Assembly: GCF_044647545.1 (NCBI RefSeq)
Contig: NZ_CP172818.1
Source: Escherichia coli
GTDB taxonomy: Bacteria > Pseudomonadota > Gammaproteobacteria > Enterobacterales > Enterobacteriaceae
Direction: 5' to 3' (one strand)
DNA length: 64,000 nucleotides
The notes beneath the pieces were generated by a model. It was given only the letters and a program-made list of their open reading frames with translations. It did not search any database and was not told the DNA's origin. Positions 1-15,794 of the stretch are shown in pieces; position 1 is the first letter of the stretch; each line of letters begins with the position of its first letter. Made by a program: the position numbers and the translations under genes.

Positions 1-824
<824 letters not shown>

Positions 825-833
825 TCAACCCCT

Positions 834-1784
<951 letters not shown>

Positions 1785-2240
1785 ACGACCTCAATTCCAC
1801 GGGATCTGGTGGCGTTTAAAGTGTGTGGGCATTTTACGGGAAGGTTACATTACTGTAAACATGATTAAATTCCTGTTACTTGGATTTGGCTTCCAGGTCA
1901 CATATGTTGCAAAACATATCGGATTGATTTTAAGAAGCTGTTGCAAAAGGGCGTTATAACAAAAGGGGAGTGCAGAAGGAGTCTGGGCGGGCAATTGGTA
2001 TAACCAATGCGAAATAAAACAATTATTTAACAAATAATTATCATTAAGGTGACAACTTGGTAGTGAGAAAATAAAGACTCATTAGCTGAATCGTGTAAGA
2101 AAAATAGAATTCATAAATGGCGTCAATAATTTCCAGACGCTAAGCCGCACAAAAGAACAAATATTAATAAGCGATGCTGATGTTTATTTAGCCGTAATAA
2201 TTACGGCGAGTGATTACTACAGCTAAATAATATTTACAGA

Positions 2241-3716
2241 TTACGTCAGATGCGTTTTTCGTAGCGCCAGATAATCCAGTAAACCACCAAGCACGACGCC
2301 AGAAAGGGCGACTAAAACCCCGACTTCCAGCAGAGCAGGCAGGAAAGAGAAGTGCGTCAAATCCAGCGCGTCCATCGTCAACAGCAGTAACCACACGGCC
2401 AACAGGCTGACGCCCGCCGCCAGTGTCCACATGGCAAAGGCATAACCTGCCGGATATTCGGTACGGGAGATAAAGTTGTCATTTACTCGTGTATATTCAA
2501 GCGTCTGGCGACAAATCAGCAGTAAAATAAGCCCTGGTACGGCAGCGGCGACGGAGAACAGATAGAATGTCGACCAGCCGTGTGCTTCAACAAACCAACC
2601 CGCCACGGGGCCGACATAAACTCGCCCTACAGCAGAAAGCGCTGAGAGCAGGGCAAATTGAGTAGCGGAAAATGACTTATTACACAGCGTCATTAACAGC
2701 GCGACAAAGGCTGATGTACCCATCCCGCCACAGAGGTTTTCGAAAAAGACGGCTGCACCCATGCTGTAGAGATGCTTATCAGTAATCGACAGCAGCCAGT
2801 AACCGGCGTTAGATGCACCTTGTAAAATGCCGAAAATCAGCAGTGCACGGAACAGCGACAGGCGCTGCATCAAAATCCCACCGTACAATGCGCCAACAAT
2901 GGTCGCCAGTAAGCCAAGCGTTTTGTTAACCACGCCTACTTCACCCGCATCAAACCCGACGCCGCGAATCAAAAACGTGGTTGTCAGGCTCATAGCGAAT
3001 GCGTCGCCCAGCTTATACAGCACGATAAGAAGCAAAATAAGCCAGGCATTATTGCGACCAAAGAAATCGCGCAGAGGTGCAACAACCGCTTGTTCCAGCG
3101 TTTTGGGCACAGGAATGGTGTCGGTGGGTTCTGGTGCAAGCAACGTCGCGATAATACAGGGGATCAACAGCGCCGCCATCAACCAGTACATGCCCTGCCA
3201 GCCCAGCCATTTATCTGCCAGCCACAGGGCTAAGCCGCCGGAAACCAGCATCCCTAAACGGTAACCCAGCACGCTGATTGCCGCGCCCGCACCACGTTCT
3301 TCTGCCGGGAGCACATCGGTTTTCCATGCATCGAAGACAATATCCTGGGAGGCAGAGCAAAAAGCGATCACCACCGCCAGTGCCGCCATCCAGCGGAGCT
3401 GGGTGCCTGGTTCGAGAAAACCCATCGCCGCAATGGCGACTAATAACAGAATTTGCGTGGCGAGCAGCCAACCGCGCCGCCGCCCGAAAAATGGGGGCGT
3501 GTAGCGGTCCATCAGTGGTGACCAGAGGAATTTAAAAACGTAAGCCTGGCCTACCAGAGAGAAGAAACCAATGGTTTTAAGATCGATATTCTCGACCGTC
3601 ATCCAGGCCTGTAAGGTGCCGGACGTCAGGGCGAGCGGTAGCCCGGAAGCAAAACCCAGAATCAGCAATATGGCTGAACGTGGCTGTTGAAAAATACGTA
3701 AATATTGACTGGACAT
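2241..3716 (-). CDS. ampG: Muropeptide (anhydromuropeptide) permease, MFS
   Basis: 491 aa polytopic membrane ORF recognised as AmpG. Confidence 0.95.
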   Translation of the reverse strand: MSSQYLRIFQQPRSAILLILGFASGLPLALTSGTLQAWMTVENIDLKTIGFFSLVGQAYVFKFLWSPLMDRYTPPFFGRRRGWLLATQILLLVAIAAMGFLEPGTQLRWMAALAVVIAFCSASQDIVFDAWKTDVLPAEERGAGAAISVLGYRLGMLVSGGLALWLADKWLGWQGMYWLMAALLIPCIIATLLAPEPTDTIPVPKTLEQAVVAPLRDFFGRNNAWLILLLIVLYKLGDAFAMSLTTTFLIRGVGFDAGEVGVVNKTLGLLATIVGALYGGILMQRLSLFRALLIFGILQGASNAGYWLLSITDKHLYSMGAAVFFENLCGGMGTSAFVALLMTLCNKSFSATQFALLSALSAVGRVYVGPVAGWFVEAHGWSTFYLFSVAAAVPGLILLLICRQTLEYTRVNDNFISRTEYPAGYAFAMWTLAAGVSLLAVWLLLLTMDALDLTHFSFLPALLEVGVLVALSGVVLGGLLDYLALRKTHLT

Positions 3717-3759
3717 GGGCGTCTACAGGCCCGGCTTGCACCGGGCCAGAGGGCAGAAA

Positions 3760-4338
3760 TTAACGCGCGTTCTGCTTGATGAATTCGTGGATGCTGGTGT
3801 CCTGAGACATATCAGCGATGGTATCGGTCAGCACACTGTTAACCGCATCGGCGATATTTTTGTTGGAGGCCTGGAACGCACCTTCAACGTTGTAGCTGGC
3901 ACGATAGTTTTTGGTCATTTTGTTGCCATTCTGCGCGGTAGCGATGATAGCGATATCCGCTTTGGTGGCGATGTTATAGCGCACGTTGCCCTGGGACACG
4001 TCAGCATACAGTTGGCTAACGATGATTTGCAGATTAACCGGGCCATTCGGACCAACCATGTAACCACGCGCGGTCATCTGTTTTTCCAGCACTTCTTGCA
4101 GCAGGAAACGCAGATCGCGGGAGGCGGTCAGGGTAACGATTTGATTATCGCGGGTGACTTTTGCCAGCGCCTGATCGGTACGCTGATCGGCACCATTAAT
4201 GCTTACGGTGACGCCCATCAGGCTTGGATCCTGCTGTGGCAGTGTTATCGTCGGTGAAACTTCAATAGTTGTTGGCGGTTTTGCGCATCCTGCAAGCATA
4301 AACAGAGCAACTAACGGGAAGAGGATTTTTTTGAACAT
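3760..4338 (-). CDS. yajG: Lipoprotein YajG
   Basis: Track ORF 3760..4497 is 5'-extended; real start taken at internal ATG giving MFKKILFPLVALFMLAGC (lipobox), 192 aa. Confidence 0.88.
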   Translation of the reverse strand: MFKKILFPLVALFMLAGCAKPPTTIEVSPTITLPQQDPSLMGVTVSINGADQRTDQALAKVTRDNQIVTLTASRDLRFLLQEVLEKQMTARGYMVGPNGPVNLQIIVSQLYADVSQGNVRYNIATKADIAIIATAQNGNKMTKNYRASYNVEGAFQASNKNIADAVNSVLTDTIADMSQDTSIHEFIKQNAR

Positions 4339-4642
4339 GTTCGGGCTCTCAGAGACTCTTAAGCGTGTTTGGTAAAAATTCCCGCCATCATAACATTGCC
4401 AACGGCGAGGGGAAGTGGGTAAGGCATGTAAATTCATCATGTTGACGAAATAATCGCCCCTGGTAAAAGAAACGCTGATGCGAGGCCTGTGTTTCAATCT
4501 TTAAATCAGTAAACTTCATACGCTTGACGGAAAAACCAGGACGAAACCTAAATATTTGTTGTTAAGCTGCAATGGAAACGGTAAAAGCGGCTAGTATTTA
4601 AAGGGATGGATGACATCTCAGCGTTGTCGGAGGAGATATTTC

Positions 4643-4960
4643 ATGATGATACGTGAGCGGATAGAAGAAAAATTAAGGGCGGCGTTCCAACCCGTATTCC
4701 TCGAAGTAGTGGATGAAAGCTATCGTCACAATGTCCCAGCCGGCTCTGAAAGCCATTTTAAAGTTGTGCTGGTCAGCGATCGTTTTACGGGTGAACGTTT
4801 TCTGAATCGTCATCGAATGATTTACAGTACTTTAGCGGAGGAACTCTCTACTACCGTTCATGCGCTGGCTCTGCATACTTACACTATTAAGGAGTGGGAA
4901 GGGTTGCAGGATACCGTCTTTGCCTCTCCTCCCTGTCGTGGAGCAGGAAGCATCGCGTAA
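4643..4960 (+). CDS. bolA: BolA family transcriptional regulator / morphogene
   Basis: 105 aa from [11 protein letters not shown]; track ORF begins 11 codons upstream. Confidence 0.9.
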
Positions 4961-5017
4961 AAACGCATTTGCAACTGTCGGCGCTTTTCCAGTATGTTGC
5001 TAAAGATTTTATGAAAA

Positions 5018-5043
5018 ACGGCCTGCGGGCCGTTTTGTTTTGT
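5018..5043 (+). terminator. Rho-independent terminator after bolA
   Basis: Hairpin ACGGCC-TGC-GGGCCGT followed by TTTTGTTTTGT. Confidence 0.7.
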
Positions 5044-5294
5044 CTGGATTTTGCGCTTTTTGCCCAGCATTCAGACGAAAATTGCCCGGGAATTGTGAAA
5101 AAATACGCGACAGCGCGCAATAACCGTTCTCGACTCATAAAAGTGATGCCGCTATAATGCCGCGTCCTATTTGAATGCTTTCGGGATGATTCTGGTAACA
5201 GGGAATGTGATTGATTATAAGAACATCCCGGTTCCGCGAAGCCAACAACCTGTGCTTGCGGGGTAAGAGTTGACCGAGCACTGTGATTTTTTGA

Positions 5295-6602
<1,308 letters not shown>

Positions 6603-6635
6603 TTTACGCAGCATAACGCGCTAAATTCGCACAAA

Positions 6636-6668
6636 GGCCCGTCACCGCCAGGTGGTGGGCTTTTTTTT
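6636..6668 (+). terminator. Rho-independent terminator after tig
   Basis: GC-rich imperfect hairpin (GGCCCGTCACC...GGTGGTGGGC) followed by T8 run. Confidence 0.7.
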
Positions 6669-6739
6669 GTCATGAATTTTGCATGGAACCGTGCGAAAAG
6701 CCTCTTTCGGTGTTAGCGTAACAACAAAAGATTGTTATG

Positions 6740-6769
6740 CTTGAAATATGGTGATGCCGTACCCATAAC
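6740..6769 (+). promoter_or_regulatory. sigma32 (heat-shock) type promoter upstream of clpP
   Basis: CTTGAAA at 6740-6746 and CCCATAAC at 6762-6769, matching sigma32 consensus CTTGAAA / CCCCATnT spacing. Confidence 0.65.
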
Positions 6770-6847
6770 ACAGGGACTAGCTGATAATCCGTCCATAAGG
6801 TTACAATCGGTACAGCAGGTTTTTTCAATTTTATCCAGGAGACGGAA

Positions 6848-7471
6848 ATGTCATACAGCGGCGAACGAGATAACTTTGCACCCCATATGGCGCTGGTGCC
6901 GATGGTCATTGAACAGACCTCACGAGGTGAGCGCTCTTTTGATATCTATTCTCGTCTACTTAAGGAACGCGTCATTTTTCTGACTGGCCAGGTTGAAGAC
7001 CACATGGCTAACCTGATTGTGGCGCAGATGCTGTTCCTGGAAGCAGAAAACCCAGAAAAAGATATCTATCTGTACATTAACTCTCCAGGCGGGGTGATTA
7101 CTGCCGGGATGTCTATCTATGACACCATGCAGTTTATCAAGCCTGATGTCAGCACCATCTGTATGGGCCAGGCGGCCTCGATGGGCGCTTTCTTGCTGAC
7201 TGCAGGGGCAAAAGGTAAACGTTTCTGCCTGCCGAATTCGCGCGTGATGATTCACCAGCCGTTGGGCGGCTACCAGGGCCAGGCGACCGATATCGAAATT
7301 CATGCCCGTGAAATTCTGAAAGTTAAAGGGCGCATGAATGAACTTATGGCGCTTCATACGGGTCAATCATTAGAACAGATTGAACGTGATACCGAGCGCG
7401 ATCGCTTCCTTTCCGCCCCTGAAGCGGTGGAATACGGTCTGGTCGATTCGATTCTGACCCATCGTAATTGA
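6848..7471 (+). CDS. clpP: ATP-dependent Clp protease proteolytic subunit
   Basis: 207 aa ORF recognised as ClpP (catalytic Ser in GQAASMGAF motif). Confidence 0.97.
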   Translation: MSYSGERDNFAPHMALVPMVIEQTSRGERSFDIYSRLLKERVIFLTGQVEDHMANLIVAQMLFLEAENPEKDIYLYINSPGGVITAGMSIYDTMQFIKPDVSTICMGQAASMGAFLLTAGAKGKRFCLPNSRVMIHQPLGGYQGQATDIEIHAREILKVKGRMNELMALHTGQSLEQIERDTERDRFLSAPEAVEYGLVDSILTHRN

Positions 7472-7596
7472 TGCCAGAGGCGCAACTGTGCCGCTATACT
7501 TATCCAGGGCGGCACAACGCTGTAAGCGGCTTGCGCCTGAGAATGGCATTTGCGTCGTCGTGTGCGGCACAAAGAACAAAGAAGAGGTTTTGACCC

Positions 7597-8871
7597 ATGA
7601 CAGATAAACGCAAAGATGGCTCAGGCAAATTGCTGTATTGCTCTTTTTGCGGCAAAAGCCAGCATGAAGTGCGCAAGCTGATTGCCGGTCCATCCGTGTA
7701 TATCTGCGACGAATGTGTTGATTTATGTAACGACATCATTCGCGAAGAGATTAAAGAAGTTGCACCGCATCGTGAACGCAGTGCGCTACCAACGCCGCAT
7801 GAAATTCGCAACCACCTGGACGATTACGTTATCGGTCAGGAACAGGCGAAAAAAGTGCTGGCGGTCGCGGTATACAACCACTACAAACGTCTGCGCAACG
7901 GAGATACCAGCAATGGCGTCGAGTTGGGCAAAAGTAACATTCTGCTGATCGGTCCGACCGGTTCCGGTAAAACGCTGCTGGCCGAAACGCTGGCGCGCCT
8001 GCTGGACGTTCCGTTCACCATGGCTGACGCAACCACGCTGACCGAAGCCGGTTATGTGGGCGAAGACGTTGAAAACATCATTCAGAAGCTGTTGCAGAAG
8101 TGCGATTACGACGTACAGAAAGCGCAGCGCGGGATTGTCTACATCGATGAAATCGACAAGATTTCTCGTAAGTCAGACAACCCGTCCATTACCCGAGACG
8201 TTTCCGGTGAAGGCGTACAGCAGGCACTGTTAAAACTGATCGAAGGTACGGTAGCTGCTGTTCCGCCGCAAGGTGGGCGTAAACATCCGCAACAGGAATT
8301 CTTGCAGGTTGATACCTCTAAGATCCTGTTTATCTGTGGCGGTGCGTTTGCCGGTCTGGATAAAGTGATTTCCCATCGTGTAGAAACCGGTTCCGGCATT
8401 GGTTTTGGCGCGACGGTAAAAGCGAAGTCCGACAAAGCAAGCGAAGGTGAACTGCTGGCGCAGGTTGAACCGGAAGATCTGATCAAGTTTGGTCTGATCC
8501 CTGAGTTCATTGGTCGTCTGCCGGTTGTCGCAACGTTGAATGAACTGAGCGAAGAAGCTCTGATTCAGATCCTCAAAGAGCCGAAAAACGCCCTGACCAA
8601 GCAGTATCAGGCACTGTTTAATCTGGAAGGCGTGGATCTGGAATTCCGTGACGAGGCGCTGGATGCTATCGCTAAGAAAGCGATGGCGCGTAAAACCGGT
8701 GCCCGTGGCCTGCGTTCCATCGTAGAAGCCGCACTGCTCGATACCATGTACGATCTGCCGTCCATGGAAGACGTCGAAAAAGTGGTTATCGACGAATCGG
8801 TAATTGATGGTCAAAGCAAGCCGTTGCTGATTTATGGCAAGCCGGAAGCGCAACAGGCATCTGGTGAATAA
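7597..8871 (+). CDS. clpX: ATP-dependent Clp protease ATP-binding subunit ClpX
   Basis: 424 aa; N-terminal C4 zinc-binding (CSFCGK...CDEC), Walker A GPTGSGKT. Confidence 0.97.
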
Positions 8872-8901
8872 TTAACCATTCCCATACAATTAGTTAACCA
8901 A

Positions 8902-8934
8902 AAAGGGGGGATTTTATCTCCCCTTTAATTTTTC
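8902..8934 (+). terminator. Rho-independent terminator after clpX
   Basis: AAGGGGGGA...TCCCCTT hairpin followed by T-rich tract. Confidence 0.65.
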
Positions 8935-8948
8935 CTCTATTCTCGGCG

Positions 8949-8976
8949 TTGAATGTGGGGGAAACATCCCCATATA
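8949..8976 (+). promoter_or_regulatory. sigma32 heat-shock promoter of lon
   Basis: GTTGAATG (-35 like) ... CCCCATATA (-10 like) with correct spacing; matches sigma32 consensus. Confidence 0.7.
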
Positions 8977-9058
8977 CTGACGTACATGTTAATAGATGGC
9001 GTGAAGCACAGTCGTGTCATCTGATTACCTGGCGGAAATTAAACTAAGAGAGAGCTCT

Positions 9059-11413
9059 ATGAATCCTGAGCGTTCTGAACGCATTGAAATCCCCGTATTG
9101 CCGCTGCGCGATGTGGTGGTTTATCCGCACATGGTCATCCCCTTATTTGTCGGGCGGGAAAAATCTATCCGTTGTCTGGAAGCGGCGATGGACCATGATA
9201 AAAAAATTATGCTGGTCGCGCAGAAAGAAGCTTCAACGGATGAGCCGGGTGTAAACGATCTTTTCACCGTCGGGACCGTGGCCTCTATATTGCAGATGCT
9301 GAAACTGCCTGACGGCACCGTCAAAGTGCTGGTCGAGGGGTTACAGCGCGCGCGTATTTCTGCGCTCTCTGACAATGGCGAACACTTTTCTGCGAAGGCG
9401 GAGTATCTGGAGTCGCCGACCATTGATGAGCGGGAACAGGAAGTGCTGGTGCGTACTGCAATCAGCCAGTTCGAAGGCTACATCAAGCTGAACAAAAAAA
9501 TTCCACCAGAAGTGCTGACGTCGCTGAATAGCATCGACGATCCGGCGCGTCTGGCGGATACCATTGCTGCACATATGCCGCTGAAACTGGCTGACAAACA
9601 GTCCGTTCTGGAGATGTCCGACGTTAACGAACGTCTGGAATATCTGATGGCAATGATGGAATCGGAAATCGATCTGCTGCAGGTTGAGAAACGCATTCGC
9701 AACCGTGTTAAAAAGCAGATGGAGAAATCCCAGCGTGAGTACTATCTGAACGAGCAAATGAAAGCTATTCAGAAAGAACTCGGTGAAATGGACGACGCGC
9801 CGGACGAAAACGAAGCCCTGAAGCGCAAAATCGACGCGGCGAAAATGCCGAAAGAGGCAAAAGAGAAAGCGGAAGCAGAGTTGCAGAAGCTGAAAATGAT
9901 GTCTCCGATGTCGGCAGAAGCGACCGTAGTGCGTGGTTATATCGACTGGATGGTACAGGTACCGTGGAATGCGCGTAGCAAGGTCAAAAAAGACCTGCGT
10001 CAGGCGCAGGAAATCCTTGATACCGACCATTATGGTCTGGAGCGCGTGAAAGATCGCATCCTTGAGTATCTTGCGGTTCAAAGCCGTGTCAACAAAATCA
10101 AGGGACCGATCCTCTGCCTGGTAGGGCCACCGGGGGTAGGTAAAACGTCCCTGGGGCAGTCCATCGCCAAAGCCACCGGGCGTAAATATGTCCGTATGGC
10201 GCTGGGCGGCGTGCGTGATGAAGCGGAAATCCGTGGTCACCGCCGTACTTACATCGGTTCTATGCCGGGTAAACTGATCCAGAAAATGGCGAAAGTGGGC
10301 GTGAAAAACCCGCTGTTCCTGCTCGATGAGATCGACAAAATGTCTTCTGACATGCGAGGCGATCCGGCTTCCGCACTGCTTGAAGTGCTGGATCCAGAGC
10401 AGAACGTAGCGTTCAGCGACCACTACCTGGAAGTGGATTACGACCTTAGCGACGTGATGTTTGTCGCGACGTCGAACTCCATGAACATTCCGGCACCGCT
10501 GCTGGATCGTATGGAAGTGATTCGCCTCTCCGGTTATACCGAAGATGAAAAACTGAACATCGCCAAACGTCACCTGCTGCCGAAGCAGATTGAACGTAAT
10601 GCACTGAAAAAAGGTGAGCTGACCGTCGACGATAGCGCCATTATCGGCATTATTCGTTACTACACCCGTGAGGCGGGCGTGCGTGGTCTGGAGCGTGAAA
10701 TCTCCAAACTGTGTCGCAAAGCGGTTAAGCAGTTACTGCTCGATAAGTCATTAAAACATATCGAAATTAACGGCGATAACCTGCATGACTATCTCGGTGT
10801 TCAGCGTTTCGACTATGGTCGCGCGGATAACGAAAACCGTGTCGGTCAGGTAACTGGTCTGGCGTGGACGGAAGTGGGCGGTGACTTGCTGACCATTGAA
10901 ACCGCGTGCGTTCCGGGTAAAGGCAAACTGACCTATACCGGATCGCTTGGCGAAGTGATGCAGGAGTCCATTCAGGCGGCGTTAACGGTGGTTCGTGCGC
11001 GTGCGGAAAAACTGGGGATCAACCCTGATTTTTATGAAAAACGCGACATCCACGTCCACGTACCGGAAGGTGCGACGCCGAAAGATGGTCCGAGTGCCGG
11101 TATTGCTATGTGCACCGCGCTGGTTTCTTGCCTGACCGGTAACCCGGTTCGTGCCGATGTGGCAATGACCGGTGAGATCACTCTGCGTGGTCAGGTACTG
11201 CCTATCGGTGGTTTGAAAGAAAAACTACTGGCAGCGCATCGCGGCGGGATTAAAACAGTGTTAATTCCGTTCGAAAATAAACGCGATCTGGAAGAGATTC
11301 CTGACAACGTAATTGCCGATCTGGATATTCATCCTGTGAAACGCATTGAGGAAGTTCTGACTCTGGCGCTGCAAAATGAACCGTCTGGCATGCAGGTTGT
11401 GACTGCAAAATAG
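9059..11413 (+). CDS. lon: Lon protease (ATP-dependent serine protease La)
   Basis: 784 aa from [18 protein letters not shown]; Walker A GPPGVGKT; track ORF starts 15 codons upstream. Confidence 0.95.
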   Translation: MNPERSERIEIPVLPLRDVVVYPHMVIPLFVGREKSIRCLEAAMDHDKKIMLVAQKEASTDEPGVNDLFTVGTVASILQMLKLPDGTVKVLVEGLQRARISALSDNGEHFSAKAEYLESPTIDEREQEVLVRTAISQFEGYIKLNKKIPPEVLTSLNSIDDPARLADTIAAHMPLKLADKQSVLEMSDVNERLEYLMAMMESEIDLLQVEKRIRNRVKKQMEKSQREYYLNEQMKAIQKELGEMDDAPDENEALKRKIDAAKMPKEAKEKAEAELQKLKMMSPMSAEATVVRGYIDWMVQVPWNARSKVKKDLRQAQEILDTDHYGLERVKDRILEYLAVQSRVNKIKGPILCLVGPPGVGKTSLGQSIAKATGRKYVRMALGGVRDEAEIRGHRRTYIGSMPGKLIQKMAKVGVKNPLFLLDEIDKMSSDMRGDPASALLEVLDPEQNVAFSDHYLEVDYDLSDVMFVATSNSMNIPAPLLDRMEVIRLSGYTEDEKLNIAKRHLLPKQIERNALKKGELTVDDSAIIGIIRYYTREAGVRGLEREISKLCRKAVKQLLLDKSLKHIEINGDNLHDYLGVQRFDYGRADNENRVGQVTGLAWTEVGGDLLTIETACVPGKGKLTYTGSLGEVMQESIQAALTVVRARAEKLGINPDFYEKRDIHVHVPEGATPKDGPSAGIAMCTALVSCLTGNPVRADVAMTGEITLRGQVLPIGGLKEKLLAAHRGGIKTVLIPFENKRDLEEIPDNVIADLDIHPVKRIEEVLTLALQNEPSGMQVVTAK

Positions 11414-11445
11414 TGACCTCGCGCAAAATGCACTAATAAAAACAG

Positions 11446-11482
11446 GGCTGGCAGGCTAATTCGGACTTGCCAGCCTTTTTTT
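11446..11482 (+). terminator. Rho-independent terminator after lon
   Basis: Stem GGCTGGCA / TGCCAGCC followed by T7 run. Confidence 0.75.
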
Positions 11483-11621
11483 GTCTCGCTAAGTTAGATG
11501 GCGGATTGGGCTTGCCCTTATTAAGGGGTGTTGTAAGGGGATGGCTGGCCTGATATAACTGCTGCGCGTTCGTACCTTGAAGGATTCAAGTGCGATATAA
11601 ATTATAAAGAGGAAGAGAAGA

Positions 11622-11894
11622 GTGAATAAATCTCAATTGATCGACAAGATTGCTGCAGGGGCTGATATCTCTAAAGCTGCGGCTGGCCGTGCGTTAGATG
11701 CTATTATTGCTTCCGTAACTGAATCTCTGAAAGAAGGGGATGATGTAGCACTGGTAGGTTTTGGTACTTTTGCCGTTAAAGAGCGTGCTGCCCGTACTGG
11801 CCGCAACCCGCAGACCGGTAAAGAGATCACCATCGCTGCCGCTAAAGTACCGAGCTTCCGTGCAGGTAAAGCACTGAAAGACGCGGTAAACTAA
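11622..11894 (+). CDS. hupB: DNA-binding protein HU-beta
   Basis: 90 aa ORF recognised as HU beta subunit. Confidence 0.97.
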
Positions 11895-11928
11895 GCGTTG
11901 TCCCCAGTGGGGATGTGACGAAGTTCAA

Positions 11929-11956
11929 GGGCGCATCTACTGATGTGCCTTTTTTA
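11929..11956 (+). terminator. Rho-independent terminator after hupB
   Basis: Hairpin GGCGCATC...GATGTGCC followed by TTTTTT. Confidence 0.65.
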
Positions 11957-12085
11957 TTTGTAATCGGTGACTTTCTGCGTCTTGTGGGCTGACAATTGCC
12001 CCCGTTTCTTGTCACAATAGGCCTTTGCGCGCATCGATACGTTGCGTGAGGTACACAGTCATCTACAGCGGAGTGTTGTTACACC

Positions 12086-14531
<2,446 letters not shown>

Positions 14532-14584
14532 TGACCTCTGTACTTATAACAGTTCTTATAACAACAACGTAAGGTTATTGCGCT

Positions 14585-14983
14585 ATGCAAACACAAATCA
14601 AAGTTCGTGGATATCATCTCGACGTTTACCAGCACGTAAACAACGCCCGCTACCTTGAATTTCTCGAAGAAGCCCGCTGGGATGGGTTGGAAAATAGCGA
14701 CAGTTTTCAGTGGATGACGGCCCATAACATCGCCTTCGTCGTGGTCAATATCAATATTAACTATCGTCGCCCGGCGGTATTAAGCGACCTGTTAACTATT
14801 ACCAGTCAGTTGCAGCAATTAAACGGTAAAAGTGGCATCTTAAGCCAGGTCATTACACTGGAGCCGGAAGGGCAGGTAGTAGCGGATGCGCTTATTACGT
14901 TTGTTTGTATTGATCTTAAAACGCAGAAAGCATTAGCTCTGGAAGGGGAATTGCGCGAAAAGCTGGAGCAGATGGTTAAGTAA
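14585..14983 (+). CDS. fadM: Long-chain acyl-CoA thioesterase III (hotdog fold)
   Basis: 132 aa ORF recognised as FadM/TesC (YbaW). Confidence 0.92.
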   Translation: MQTQIKVRGYHLDVYQHVNNARYLEFLEEARWDGLENSDSFQWMTAHNIAFVVVNININYRRPAVLSDLLTITSQLQQLNGKSGILSQVITLEPEGQVVADALITFVCIDLKTQKALALEGELREKLEQMVK

Positions 14984-14990
14984 ACGTTTT

Positions 14991-15022
14991 GTGGTGCCGG
15001 ATGCTCAAGCCGCATCCGGCGA
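14991..15022. repeat. REP-like palindromic element / terminator hairpin between fadM and queC
   Basis: GCCGGATGC ... GCATCCGGC inverted repeat typical of REP sequences. Confidence 0.65.
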
Positions 15023-15034
15023 CACCCGGAATAA

Positions 15035-15730
15035 TTAATTCAACCCGGTTTTCTGCTTCATCGCTGCCATCACCGTCGGTTTATCGGCCAGATAATGATT
15101 CAAACCGTTGGCGCGTAAATTACATGCCGCACAATGACCGCAACCGTCGCCTTTAATGCCGTTATAGCAGGTCAGCGTTTCGTTACGGACTAAATCCAGC
15201 TTGCCGTAATAATCTGCCAGCGCCCAGGTTTCCGCTTTATCAATCCACATCAGCGGCGTTTCAAAACGAATATCTTTCGCCATGCCTAAACTGACGGCAT
15301 GGTTTAGTGCTTTCACAAACTCATCGCGGCAATCCGGGTAGCCGGAGAAATCCGTTTCGCAGACGCCGGTAATTACGGCTTCTGCTTTTACCTGATACGC
15401 ATATATTGCCGCCAGCGTCAGGAACAAAATATTACGCCCAGGGACAAACGTATTCGGGATGCCATCGGCTTCAGGTTCATAATCAGGCACCGGAATGCTG
15501 TCACGCGTCAGGCTGCTGACCGCCAGCTCGTTGAGCAGCGTTACATCAAGAACCTTATGCGCGCGTGCTCCCAGTTTCAGCGCCAGTTCGCGTGCCACGT
15601 CGATTTCTGCGCGATGTCGCTGACCGTAATCGAACGTCACGCAATGGACTTCATCATATTGTTGTAATGCCTGCACCAGACAGGTGGTGGAATCCTGGCC
15701 TCCACTGAACACAACGACAGCACGTTTCAT
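15035..15730 (-). CDS. queC: 7-cyano-7-deazaguanine synthase (queuosine biosynthesis)
   Basis: 231 aa; N-terminal SGGxDS PP-loop, C-terminal Cys cluster (CGHCAAC). Confidence 0.95.
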
Positions 15731-15794
15731 AGATAATCCTGCTTGAACAATAAAAGCGTTATGGTAACGCCTGCGATGAACCCGGACCAGCTAT

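Noticed and set aside
3760-4497. 5'-extended ORF-track models for yajG, and likewise for bolA, lon, cof, decR, mdlB, glnK, tesB, atl, ylaC, hha, acrA, apt, ybaB and adk
   Set aside because: The track begins at the most upstream in-frame start (sometimes GTG or TTG); the real starts are internal ATGs that give the known N-termini (for example MFKKILFPLVALFMLAGC for YajG, MSEKPLTK for Hha), so the extensions were trimmed.
9341-10573. 410-aa antisense ORF inside lon, and similar antisense ORFs in ppiD (12098..12871), acrB (32460..33146), acrA (35092..35739), dnaX (42905..43689) and copA (59471..59956)
   Set aside because: All lie fully within well-recognised genes on the opposite strand and have biased, domain-free translations; treated as non-coding.
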